This document shows positions 18,287-26,792 of a stretch of DNA of 64,000 nucleotides, one piece after another. Both the position numbers and the translations under genes were made by a program. The notes below the pieces were generated by a model, which saw nothing but the letters and a program-made list of their open reading frames with translations, was not told the origin of the DNA and made no database searches. Source of the stretch: Fimbriimonadales bacterium (GTDB lineage: Bacteria; Armatimonadota; Fimbriimonadia; Fimbriimonadales; JABRVX01); the NCBI GenBank assembly GCA_045862955.1, contig BTVI01000007.1, positions 36,939 to 100,938 on the forward strand, read 5' to 3'. The first letter of the stretch is position 1; every line of letters starts with the position of its first letter.

Positions 18287-19960
18287 CTACGGGTCGGACG
18301 TCTTGGTGAAGTTGACGAGAGCCATGGAAATGTCGAGAAGATCCACGGCCCCGTCGCCATTGAGATCGCCGCTCCCGGTGCCCGCGAATTGCAGGAGGAT
18401 CATGTTCAAGTCGGCGATGTCGACCGCTCCGCTGCCGTCTGCGTCACCGTTCAAAAGTGTGGCATTCACCGTGGACGCCGCTGCGACGCGAGACAGACCC
18501 ACGCTCGGAACGCGCCGCGCGAGGAACTTGCTCGCTGCAGAGAACCGCACGTCGTACGTGCCCGGTATCGTGAAGGTGGTGGAGTACGAGCCGTCCGCGC
18601 TCAGGGTGATAGGCTTGGATGCCACCAGGTTCGAAGTACCCGGCTCGAAGAGTTGGATCGTGATCGGCACCGTCTGCGGCGCCACGTGTCCCTGAAGAGT
18701 CAGTGTGCCCGAAATGGCGGCGGGTAGGTTGAGGGCCGCATTCAGCGCCGCATCCAACTTGATGCGGCCGTGAGTCACCCACGTTCCGACGTTGTGGCAG
18801 TTCGACTCGATGAGCTGGCGTACGAGCGACGCGGCTTCCACGCTCCGCGGAGTTTCCGTACGGGGCTCCGTCAGAGCTGCATAGAGGAGTGCGGCTTCTG
18901 CGGAGACGTGCGGCGTAGCCATGGAAGTGCCGCTGAGGTAGCCATACGTTCCGCCGAGCAAGCACGAGTAGATGCTGGATCCGGGTGCCGCTACATCCAC
19001 CCACTGATAGTCGCCCTGATTGAAATTGGAATCACCAGCTCTGTAGTCGCCAGATGTAGACGATGCCACTGCGATGCACTCGACGAAGGAGGCAGGGTAA
19101 GCGGGGAGATAGGTGTTGTTGTTGCCGGCTGCCACGACCACTAGCACCCCGTTTGCCACCGCATACTGGACTGCTGTCAGCACGCTGGCAGGCGGAACGG
19201 CAGTGCCCGCTAGGCTCATGTTTATCACGTGGGCACCGTTGTTCACGGAGTAGTTGATGCCTTTCGCCACGTTCTCCCAAGTTCCATTGCCGCTGGCATT
19301 CAGAATCTTTACCGGTAGTAGCATGGCGGTGGGATTCATGCCGGCGATGCCGGTGGCGTTGTTCGTTGCTGCAGCCGCAATTCCTGCGACGTGGGTGCCG
19401 TGTCTGTTGTCGTCCTCCGCCACCGGATCGTTGTTCACGAAGTCCCAGCCGGAGTTCAGGATCTTCGACTGAAGGTCGGGGTGGCTGAGGGCGATGCCCG
19501 TGTCGCAGATTGCGATGATGACCGAGGACTTGCCCTGGTACGCTGCCATCGCTGCGGGCCATCCGACCTTCGGCGGACCCCACTGAAGATCGTAGAATGG
19601 ATCGTCGGGCCAGGCAATCCGAACGATGCCGTTGGGTTCGGCGAACACCACGTTCGGGTCGAAGCGCAGCCAGGAAGAAAGACCGACCACATTGGCGGTC
19701 GGAGCCAACTCGATCTTGTAGATGCCGAGATCCGGGACGGAGGGGAGGAGCGAGCCGCCGAGCCGCACGGCGATTCGCTGCATCTGTTCCGCCGTCGTAC
19801 CCTGGCGAAACTTGATCAGCATCTCGCCAGGGACGTATTCGAACGCCGGTATCTGCGGTCGTGCGGCAAGCTGGCCGTGTACCAGGCAAAGCAGGGCGGC
19901 AGCGGCAGTCGTGGCGGCGGCGCGGCGCAGCGCCGCAGCGGCAATCCCGGTCGAACTCAT
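18287..19960 (-). CDS. S8 subtilisin-like (thermitase-like) serine protease with C-terminal dockerin-like module
   Basis: AICDTG / HGTHVAG / GTSMATP; tail ...ALVNFTKTSDP; ATG at 19960 with AAAGGTG. Confidence 0.9.
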   Translation of the reverse strand: MSSTGIAAAALRRAAATTAAAALLCLVHGQLAARPQIPAFEYVPGEMLIKFRQGTTAEQMQRIAVRLGGSLLPSVPDLGIYKIELAPTANVVGLSSWLRFDPNVVFAEPNGIVRIAWPDDPFYDLQWGPPKVGWPAAMAAYQGKSSVIIAICDTGIALSHPDLQSKILNSGWDFVNNDPVAEDDNRHGTHVAGIAAAATNNATGIAGMNPTAMLLPVKILNASGNGTWENVAKGINYSVNNGAHVINMSLAGTAVPPASVLTAVQYAVANGVLVVVAAGNNNTYLPAYPASFVECIAVASSTSGDYRAGDSNFNQGDYQWVDVAAPGSSIYSCLLGGTYGYLSGTSMATPHVSAEAALLYAALTEPRTETPRSVEAASLVRQLIESNCHNVGTWVTHGRIKLDAALNAALNLPAAISGTLTLQGHVAPQTVPITIQLFEPGTSNLVASKPITLSADGSYSTTFTIPGTYDVRFSAASKFLARRVPSVGLSRVAAASTVNATLLNGDADGSGAVDIADLNMILLQFAGTGSGDLNGDGAVDLLDISMALVNFTKTSDP

Positions 19961-20216
19961 AGCACCTTTCCTCTCAAAAAGAATCACAACAGGCCCAGGC
20001 AAGCGGTCCGTGCCTGAGGTTCGCCGCAAATCCTGAGCCAATCTAACTGCATTGAACTGGCTAAGGCCCCCCGAAGTTCCGTTCCGGCGGACAAGTCCCC
20101 TAAGCCCGGTACTCCGGCGGGCTTTACCGACCGGACGAAGCGTCCCAGAGAACCGAGCCAGATGCCTCGACGCTTCGACCGACAACGGAAGGCCCCTCCG
20201 AGGCCTCCACTGCTCC

Positions 20217-21423
20217 TGGAGGGTGGATCAGTGGAATACCGTCATGCTGAGCCTGTCGAGGCATGCGATACCTGTTAGGGGCGTTTCTGTATCACAGTGG
20301 AATACCGTCATGCTGAGCTTGTCGAAGCATGCGATACCTGGTAGGGGCGTTTCTGTATCACAGTGGAATACCGTCATGCTGAGCCTGTCGAAGCATGACG
20401 GCAGCCAAGGCAAACGTACCTGTGAGCCTCGAGCCCATGCGGTGCACGGGGTCTTGCTTCGACAAGCTCAGCATGACGGTTCGAGACCCTGCCGGGCGAC
20501 TGGAGCCTCCCAGTGACCCATCCTCCCCCAGCGGTGGAGGCTGCCGGGGCCACCCACCACGGAGCCTTCGCCGGTCCTTACGCTCGCAGCATGCGTCCAG
20601 TGCAATGGAGACATGGATTCCCGCGTACGCGGGCATGAAATGGCCTAGGGGGCCGGAGTTCTGGGATACCGACCTAGGTTCCCGCGTACGCGGGAAGAAA
20701 GTCTGGGTACGAGTACCGCCAAGACACGTCCACCCGAGACTCCCGCTTGCGCGGGAATGAAGGACGTACCATCCCTACGCTACTGATCGTCATTCACACG
20801 AAGGGGACTGCTAGGAAAGTCCATGACTGCACCGACGGGGGCGTTTCGACTGGAAGAGCGTCATGGAGGATGGCTCAGTGGAATACAGTCATGCTGAGAT
20901 TGTCGAAGCATGCGATACCTGGTAGGGGCGTTTCTGTATCACAGTGGAATACCGTCATGCTGAGCCTGTCGAAGCATGACGGCAGCCAAGGCAAACGTAC
21001 CTGTGAGCCTCGAGAGCATGCGGTGCACGGGGTCATGCTTCGACAAGCTCAGCATGACGGTTCGAGACCCTGCCTGGCGACTGGAGCCTCCCAGTGACCC
21101 ATCCTCCCCCAGCGGTGGAGGCTGCCAGGGCCACCCACCACGGAGCCTTCGCCGGTCCTTACGCTCGCAGCATGCGTCCAGTGCAATGGAGACATGGATT
21201 CCCGCGTACGCGGGCATGAAATGGCCTGGGGGACCGGAGTTCTGGGATACCTTCCCGCGTACGCGGGAAGAAAGTCTGGGTACGAGTACCGCCAAGACAC
21301 GTCCACGCGAGACTCCCGCTTACGCGGGAATGAAGTACGTACCATCCCTAGGCTACTGATCGTCATTTCCACGAAGGGGACTGCTAGGAAAGTCCATGAC
21401 TGCACCGACGGGGCGTTTCGACT
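20217..21423. repeat. Composite repeat mosaic: ~0.58-kb near-identical tandem duplication containing 66-bp units, REP doublets and TTCCC-N8-GGGAA palindromes
   Basis: Copies offset by 581 bp (20295 vs 20876). 66-bp units at 20229/20295/20361 and 20876/20942; doublets at 20373-20477 and 20954-21058. Confidence 0.9.
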
Positions 21424-21496
21424 CATGCCCCGGCGCGGTCCAGAGGTGCACTTCCTGCCCTCGGTACTGCTACCTGGCGGACGCGGGCCGGGGCAT
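21424..21496. repeat. Inverted repeat element, family C (CATGCCCCGGC...GCCGGGGCATG)
   Basis: Reverse-complement counterpart of the elements at about 53416, 54166 and 54383. Confidence 0.7.
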
Positions 21497-21649
21497 AGCC
21501 CCTTCTTCAACAGGCTCGAAGGCCGGATTGCAGTTAGCTCTGTGCCTGGAGGTCTGGCTGCAGCGCTACCCCGAGGGTGGCAACTTGCGGCAGCCAAGAC
21601 GCTAAGACCTCGAGGCCTGGAATGCTGAATCACTCAGTAATCGAGCGCG

Positions 21650-21700
21650 AAAAAAAAAAGAGCGCTAAGTCTTGCACATTGGCTCCTGCTGTGGTATACT
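21650..21700 (+). promoter_or_regulatory. Sigma70-type promoter with A-tract UP element
   Basis: A10 at 21650-21659; TTGCAC (21672-21677), 17-bp spacer, TGn-TATACT (21695-21700). Confidence 0.75.
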
Positions 21701-21721
21701 ACCTGGTGAGAGTGAGGGGTC

Positions 21722-22375
21722 ATGCTAGGCATCGTCAATGCTCCCAATGGACCGGGGCAGAGCACTAGCTGGCAAGCGGCTCCGGACGGGGCCCCTGGGC
21801 GGAGCCCGAGGATCAGGGTGTTGCTGTGGCTCTTGGTGGCAGTGCTCGCCGCGTTGGTCTGGGCGTTGCCCTCGGACCCGCTGCTAACCCGGCATGTTCT
21901 TCGAGCCATTTGGCCCACCCAGCCGGTCGGGGTTGGTGCGATGGCCCCTGACCCACCGCCTGGTTTCCGTCTCAGTCGTGAGGCGGCGGCTCACCTCCAG
22001 AAGGTTGCAGGAGAGAGACTGGAGTGGCCTGTGCTACTGGTCGTCGTCTTAGATGATTGCGGCGACTGCTCCGATGCCCCTCCTCTTCGTGCGAAAGACT
22101 TTGCAGGGTGGCGAGTCGGTTCTGTCGTTGTCGTAGCGCCCGCCGTAGTACGGGAGTCGGATGTGCGACCATCGGTACCAGAGGAAGCGGTCGTCGTTAG
22201 CGATCGCGTCTCGAGCTGGGCTCCTACTTCCATAGGCTACCAACTAGGCCCGTACTTCTCGCCGCGTGCCTTTGTGATGGAGGAGGGCTGGGTGGTCTTG
22301 GCAGCGCAACGAAGCGACGAGTCCTTAGGTCAGTTCATTGAGCGAGTGCGCTCGAAGGCTGGAGGTGGCAGGTGA
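21722..22375 (+). CDS. Membrane-anchored hypothetical protein with CxxC (possible thioredoxin-like fold)
   Basis: N-terminal TM helix; hydrophobic strand VLLVVVL then DDCGDCSD; later FSPRAFVM (cis-Pro-loop-like). RBS GAGGGGT. Confidence 0.6.
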   Translation: MLGIVNAPNGPGQSTSWQAAPDGAPGRSPRIRVLLWLLVAVLAALVWALPSDPLLTRHVLRAIWPTQPVGVGAMAPDPPPGFRLSREAAAHLQKVAGERLEWPVLLVVVLDDCGDCSDAPPLRAKDFAGWRVGSVVVVAPAVVRESDVRPSVPEEAVVVSDRVSSWAPTSIGYQLGPYFSPRAFVMEEGWVVLAAQRSDESLGQFIERVRSKAGGGR

Positions 22376-23073
22376 TGAATCGTTCGCGAGCATGGACGCT
22401 GGTAGAGCTTCTTATCGTAATAGCCATCTTGGCTGCGCTGGCAGCGATCGTGTATGTGCTGATGGCGCCCGTGCGTGAGAAAGGTCGCCAAACGGGCTGC
22501 ATCTCGAACCTGAGGCAGATCGGCCAGGCGATTGCCATGTACCGCACGGACTACGAAGGCGGGCGAGGCGATGCGCCGCAGGGGGGGTCAGCCTCTTGTC
22601 CGAACGTGTGGGCACGCTTGGGTGTCCCGCCCGAACCCCATGACATGGTTACGGCAGGCTACGTGAAGGACCCTCGCATCTTCTGGTGTGAGCTAGACCC
22701 TCGCGTCAAGGAACTGCACAACACTCCCATACCGCCTGGCATGACGATCCTGGATGCGAAGGTGTTTAGCTACAATTGGTGTCCTATCGGTTGCTTTAAC
22801 CGCCTGCCCCTAGCGGAGCGCAAGGCGGAGTGCGAAACCGACTATCGCATTTACAGGGAGAGGGGCGAACGGATGGTGCTGGCGATCGACATGAATCACT
22901 GGCGCTACTACTATTTCGACGGCCCCATAGAGGTCAGGGACCCTAACGACAAACGGATCGAAACGATGAAGCAGAAGATGATCGGGCTCTTCCTCAGGCT
23001 GGACGGCTCGGTGCAACGACTCAACTTCTCCAACATGCCACCTAGATCAGAGGGTGGCACATGCGGAATGTAG
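22372..23073 (+). CDS. Prepilin-type N-terminal cleavage/methylation domain protein
   Basis: RA|WTLVELLIVIAILAALAAI followed by REKGRQTGCISNLRQIGQAIAMY; overlaps the upstream stop. Confidence 0.85.
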   Translation: MMNRSRAWTLVELLIVIAILAALAAIVYVLMAPVREKGRQTGCISNLRQIGQAIAMYRTDYEGGRGDAPQGGSASCPNVWARLGVPPEPHDMVTAGYVKDPRIFWCELDPRVKELHNTPIPPGMTILDAKVFSYNWCPIGCFNRLPLAERKAECETDYRIYRERGERMVLAIDMNHWRYYYFDGPIEVRDPNDKRIETMKQKMIGLFLRLDGSVQRLNFSNMPPRSEGGTCGM

Positions 23074-23114
23074 CTTGTGCGGAGTAGCACGCGAACGAGA
23101 CAGAGGTGTAGGAG

Positions 23115-23489
23115 ATGAAACACCAGATATGGAGAGCGGCTCCCATCGTCGCCAGTATCGGCATACTCGTGGTAGGGCTACTGCGGCTCGCTGGGATTGC
23201 GTGGGGTCAGCAGGACACGTGTCCACCGAGCGTCTATGTCCCACCTTGCCCGGCCTTTCAGTGCAGCTTTCACGTAGGGGAGTCTTTTACGTGCTGCAGT
23301 ACCAGGCCGAACCGATGCTGCCAATACGTTTGCACCCAGCTGTCCTGTAATGGCACATCTCAGTCGTGTTGGGGTCAGCTGATGGACAGGCAACTAGTCG
23401 AGCAGTACTTCGACGGTCCAGGTTACGTGTATCGCTGCGAGGATCCACCGGGCGTGTGCACGATCCATTTCCCTGCTAGACCTCGCTAG
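23115..23489 (+). CDS. Small secreted cysteine-rich protein (12 Cys)
   Basis: Signal peptide ending AWG|Q; the mature region has 12 Cys including two CC pairs; GAGGT upstream. Confidence 0.7.
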   Translation: MKHQIWRAAPIVASIGILVVGLLRLAGIAWGQQDTCPPSVYVPPCPAFQCSFHVGESFTCCSTRPNRCCQYVCTQLSCNGTSQSCWGQLMDRQLVEQYFDGPGYVYRCEDPPGVCTIHFPARPR

Positions 23490-23556
23490 ACGCCGTTAGC
23501 CCAGTTGCATCCATTCAACCCCTTCACCGCTCCTCCAGGGGAGACACGCGTGACTG

Positions 23557-24630
23557 CTACCACCCTAATCGTCGAAGGAGCTCACGGGCCCGGGACTCGC
23601 TGCCTGCCCTAGTGATGGCGAACAGCCCTTGCGTGCCGACGGCGTCCACTAGGGGGAGCAAATGATCGGGTTCCACCTCCACTGCCTGCACGCTCTTTCC
23701 CGCATCCCTGATACGCCGATACAGGTCGTACCACTGCGGGTCCCCGCCTCGCGGCAATCCCGCCTGCGGCGTCCACTCTATCGCGTGGATAGACTCGATG
23801 CTTAGCAGCGCATCGAGGTGAGGCAGCGCTTGCGTCCCGTCCAGGTGATACAGCACGAAGTCCATTCTTCGGCACTGCTCGTCCAGCGCTGGCACGACGA
23901 ACTCACGAAACATCGCCGGACTGATCATGCACGAGAAATCACACTGCACCTTTGCCGTCTTGCCAGGTCCCCACAGCTGGAAGGCGGTGAATGCGCTCCC
24001 TCCCCACGGGTCTCGCACCCTCTCCAACAGCCGGTCGTACGCCTCGAAGTACGCAGCGTTGATTTCCGACAAGCACTTCTTTACCCACTCCGGTCGCTCG
24101 AGTAGGTCCATCAGTGTGTGATCCGCGCCTCGTAACTGGGCGAGGGTGTCTATGTTCTCGATGAGGTCCGGGAAGCCCAGCAGGTACCTGCCTTCCGCAA
24201 AGCGAGCGGCCCGCTCTAGCACCTCGAGATGAAGCTTCCACCACCGGTTCTCGGGATCGAAGCGCAGAGGCGGGTGGCGGTCCGGGTCGGAGATGCAGGG
24301 CTGGTACCACACGGTGTTCTCCGCCACGTGCCCTTCGGCTCCCAGGAACAGCCCGAGGCTGCCCGGCCCGCCCACGTCGCCATCGAAGAGCGGAAACGCC
24401 ACCCCACCGAAGAAGGTGTTGGCCATGCGGTACAGCTCTCGCTGCAACCGCAGGTCCGGGTCCAGCCACAGGTCCTGCTCCGAGGCGTCAGGCGGCGGGG
24501 GCGGGACGTCCTCCCACGGCTCGTCCTTGGGGGCAGTTATGTGAACGGCGAGGCCCTTGCCCGCCCACCAGTCGGTGAAAGCCTGCCGTGCTTTCGGCCA
24601 GTCGTCCTTCCAGAGGCCCGGTTCGCTCAC
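23557..24630 (-). CDS. Uroporphyrinogen decarboxylase-fold protein (MtaA/CmuA-like superfamily)
   Basis: LAQLRG, QCDFSCMISP.MF.EFVVP, YHLDG, IEWTPQAG; GTG start overlapping the mtaB stop. Confidence 0.75.
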   Translation of the reverse strand: MSEPGLWKDDWPKARQAFTDWWAGKGLAVHITAPKDEPWEDVPPPPPDASEQDLWLDPDLRLQRELYRMANTFFGGVAFPLFDGDVGGPGSLGLFLGAEGHVAENTVWYQPCISDPDRHPPLRFDPENRWWKLHLEVLERAARFAEGRYLLGFPDLIENIDTLAQLRGADHTLMDLLERPEWVKKCLSEINAAYFEAYDRLLERVRDPWGGSAFTAFQLWGPGKTAKVQCDFSCMISPAMFREFVVPALDEQCRRMDFVLYHLDGTQALPHLDALLSIESIHAIEWTPQAGLPRGGDPQWYDLYRRIRDAGKSVQAVEVEPDHLLPLVDAVGTQGLFAITRAGSESRARELLRRLGW

Positions 24631-26027
24631 GGCGTGAGGCCATACTCTTCGGGCACGTAGTTCACGTGACTCATCTCGCCGAGCATCTCGCGGGTGAAGG
24701 CGTCTTCGTCCTCCGGAATGGCCTCCGCCTCTCTCGACATGCGGTCCAGCCAACGGGCTTCGGCCTCCGCGATACGCAGGTGCCCGGCCGACCACGCGTT
24801 TCGGATCTCCTCCAGCGCAACCAGTACGGCACGCCTCGTCTGCAGGAAGTGCGTCGGTTCCTTCACGATGTGCTGCGAGATCCGTAGAACCACGTCGGGA
24901 CGGAGCACGTAGGCCTGTGGGTCCAGGGCGGAGTCCGAGTCGGACAGCCAGTCGCGCAGGCGCAGGGCGTCCTCGTGCGAGCGGCTGGAGGCCGAGTTGA
25001 GCAGCCTGCAGTCGTATATGAGCTGTTCCACAGAGACGGTCGGTGCGTAGTCGCTCAGTAGCCGCACGTTCTGCACGCTCTCGTTAGACCAGCAGTCGCA
25101 TACGGCTTGTGCGATGTTGCCCATGGTGCTTAGGTGCGCGCAAGCGGCACTTCGGCCTTCCATGGAGATGGGCACACCGGCGATGGCCTTCATGTAAGGC
25201 CCTTCGTAGGCGCAGTCCTTGCTCGGCCCGACAGCGCCCCGCTCATAGGCCACTAGGCTCCGTGGCACGGAGGCCACACGCGCCACCGCAGCGAACACGC
25301 GCGGGATCATCTTCTGCTCCGCCAGAGCCATCGCCGTGTTTGCGAAGCCGCACGCTGTGTCGCCCGAGGGGATGACGCCGTTCTCCCTGCACACGCCGAC
25401 GATACGGTCCCACAGGAACTCCATGTCCCTGCACGCCAACACGCCGAGCGCGAACACCAGCGCCCGCAGGTCGCCCGTCATCAAGGCTTCGTCCGAGATC
25501 TCCTTGCCCCCGGTGGACTCGATTGCGAGCAGGTCGGCGCCCGCAGCGGCAGCCTGCTGGAACAAACCCATCATGCCTTCCCAGTATTGGCTGGTCTTCA
25601 TGTGGGTCGGGCGTTCCATGTCCCGATTGTCGTTCGGTGTCAGCCTGAGCGCGTTCTTCTGGCCGTGTTTGTCGTGATACTCCTTCAGGGTGTCGGCGAG
25701 GATGCGGGTGACATCGGCACCCCAGGCCGGCCGCATGGTCATGGGTGGCAACGTTTCGAACTCTACGAGCAGGGCAGGTGCTTCGAGCGCAACGGCGCGC
25801 TCACACACTCGGCGGATCATGTCCGAGTACTGCTCGCGAACCTCGGGCCACGTCGCCTCGCCGATGTCAATTGGGGGAAGCGTGAAGTTGACCTCTGGGA
25901 TCACGGTCCCCGTACCGATCTCCACTCCACGCCCACAGGTGACAGGCTTGGGGGCGTGACCGAAGACAAAGTCATCCAGAGAGGCGATCGCGAGCGAGCC
26001 GTTCTTCCAGGCGGGTTCCGGCGGCAT
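24627..26027 (-). CDS. mtaB: Methanol:corrinoid methyltransferase MtaB family
   Basis: 466 aa; VEFE, ADLLAIESTGGKE, GDTACGFANTAM, GP.KDCAYE, SMEGRSAACAH, WSNESV match MtaB conserved blocks. Confidence 0.85.
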   Translation of the reverse strand: MPPEPAWKNGSLAIASLDDFVFGHAPKPVTCGRGVEIGTGTVIPEVNFTLPPIDIGEATWPEVREQYSDMIRRVCERAVALEAPALLVEFETLPPMTMRPAWGADVTRILADTLKEYHDKHGQKNALRLTPNDNRDMERPTHMKTSQYWEGMMGLFQQAAAAGADLLAIESTGGKEISDEALMTGDLRALVFALGVLACRDMEFLWDRIVGVCRENGVIPSGDTACGFANTAMALAEQKMIPRVFAAVARVASVPRSLVAYERGAVGPSKDCAYEGPYMKAIAGVPISMEGRSAACAHLSTMGNIAQAVCDCWSNESVQNVRLLSDYAPTVSVEQLIYDCRLLNSASSRSHEDALRLRDWLSDSDSALDPQAYVLRPDVVLRISQHIVKEPTHFLQTRRAVLVALEEIRNAWSAGHLRIAEAEARWLDRMSREAEAIPEDEDAFTREMLGEMSHVNYVPEEYGLTP

Positions 26028-26031
26028 GGCG

Positions 26032-26667
26032 TTACGCGGCGGTCAGCGAGCGCGCGACACGGACTGCTCCGCTTGCGTTATCGCTGAACCCGTGCGCACC
26101 GATCTCGTCAGCGTACGCTTGCGTCACGGGTGCGCCGCCTATCATCACCTTAACCTTACCGTGCAATCCGGCTTCCTTCATTGCTTGGACTGTGGCTTTC
26201 ATCCCCGGCATCGTGGTTGTAAGCAACGCGGACATCGCCACGATCTGCGCGTTGTTCTCCTGCGCCGCCTGCACGAACTTCTCGGGACTCACGTCCACGC
26301 CGAGGTCCACCACCTCGAACCCCCCGCCTTCCAGCATCGCCGCGACGAGGTTCTTGCCAATGTCGTGCAGGTCGCCCTTCACGGTTCCGATCACGACCTT
26401 GCCGGAGAAGCTACTTCCTCCGGCGACAAGCGCAGGGCGGATCACCTCCATCGCTGCCTTCATCGCTCTGGCCGAGATCAGCAGCTCCGGCACGAAGTAC
26501 TCGTTCGCCTCGTAGCGCCGGCCCACCTCGTCCATTGCTGGGATCATGTACTGAGTGAGCAACGTGTTGGGGTCGACACCTTCTGCCAGGGCTTCCTCGA
26601 CGATGCTCCTCGCCGTGTTCGCCTTACCTTCGAGCACTGCGGTGTACAGGGGGTCTAGTTCGACCAT
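26032..26667 (-). CDS. Corrinoid (B12-binding) protein, MtaC/MttC family
   Basis: YFVPELL cap domain and GTVKGDLHDIGKNLV (DxHxxG), SALLTTT, GGAPVT. Confidence 0.92.
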   Translation of the reverse strand: MVELDPLYTAVLEGKANTARSIVEEALAEGVDPNTLLTQYMIPAMDEVGRRYEANEYFVPELLISARAMKAAMEVIRPALVAGGSSFSGKVVIGTVKGDLHDIGKNLVAAMLEGGGFEVVDLGVDVSPEKFVQAAQENNAQIVAMSALLTTTMPGMKATVQAMKEAGLHGKVKVMIGGAPVTQAYADEIGAHGFSDNASGAVRVARSLTAA

Positions 26668-26742
26668 TTGCGCCTTCATCTCCAGGATGAGGCCCCGTGT
26701 TCGGAAGTCGTCGCTCCGGTGGGCCTCGCATTGCAACTGCCT

Positions 26743-26751
26743 ATTCTACCA
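26743..26751 (-). promoter_or_regulatory. Extended -10 promoter (TGnTAGAAT) for the corrinoid operon
   Basis: TGGTAGAAT on the minus strand in the pilB-mtaC gap. Confidence 0.5.
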
Positions 26752-26792
26752 AACCCTTGGAATACCTTCTCGGCGTGGGCCAGAAGGCCGAA

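Noticed and set aside
20229..20400. CRISPR-like 66-bp periodicity
   Set aside because: The intervening sequences are near-identical, so this is a tandem repeat rather than unique spacers.
26668..26792. Cobalamin riboswitch upstream of the corrinoid operon
   Set aside because: The gap is short and no B12-box motif is recognisable.
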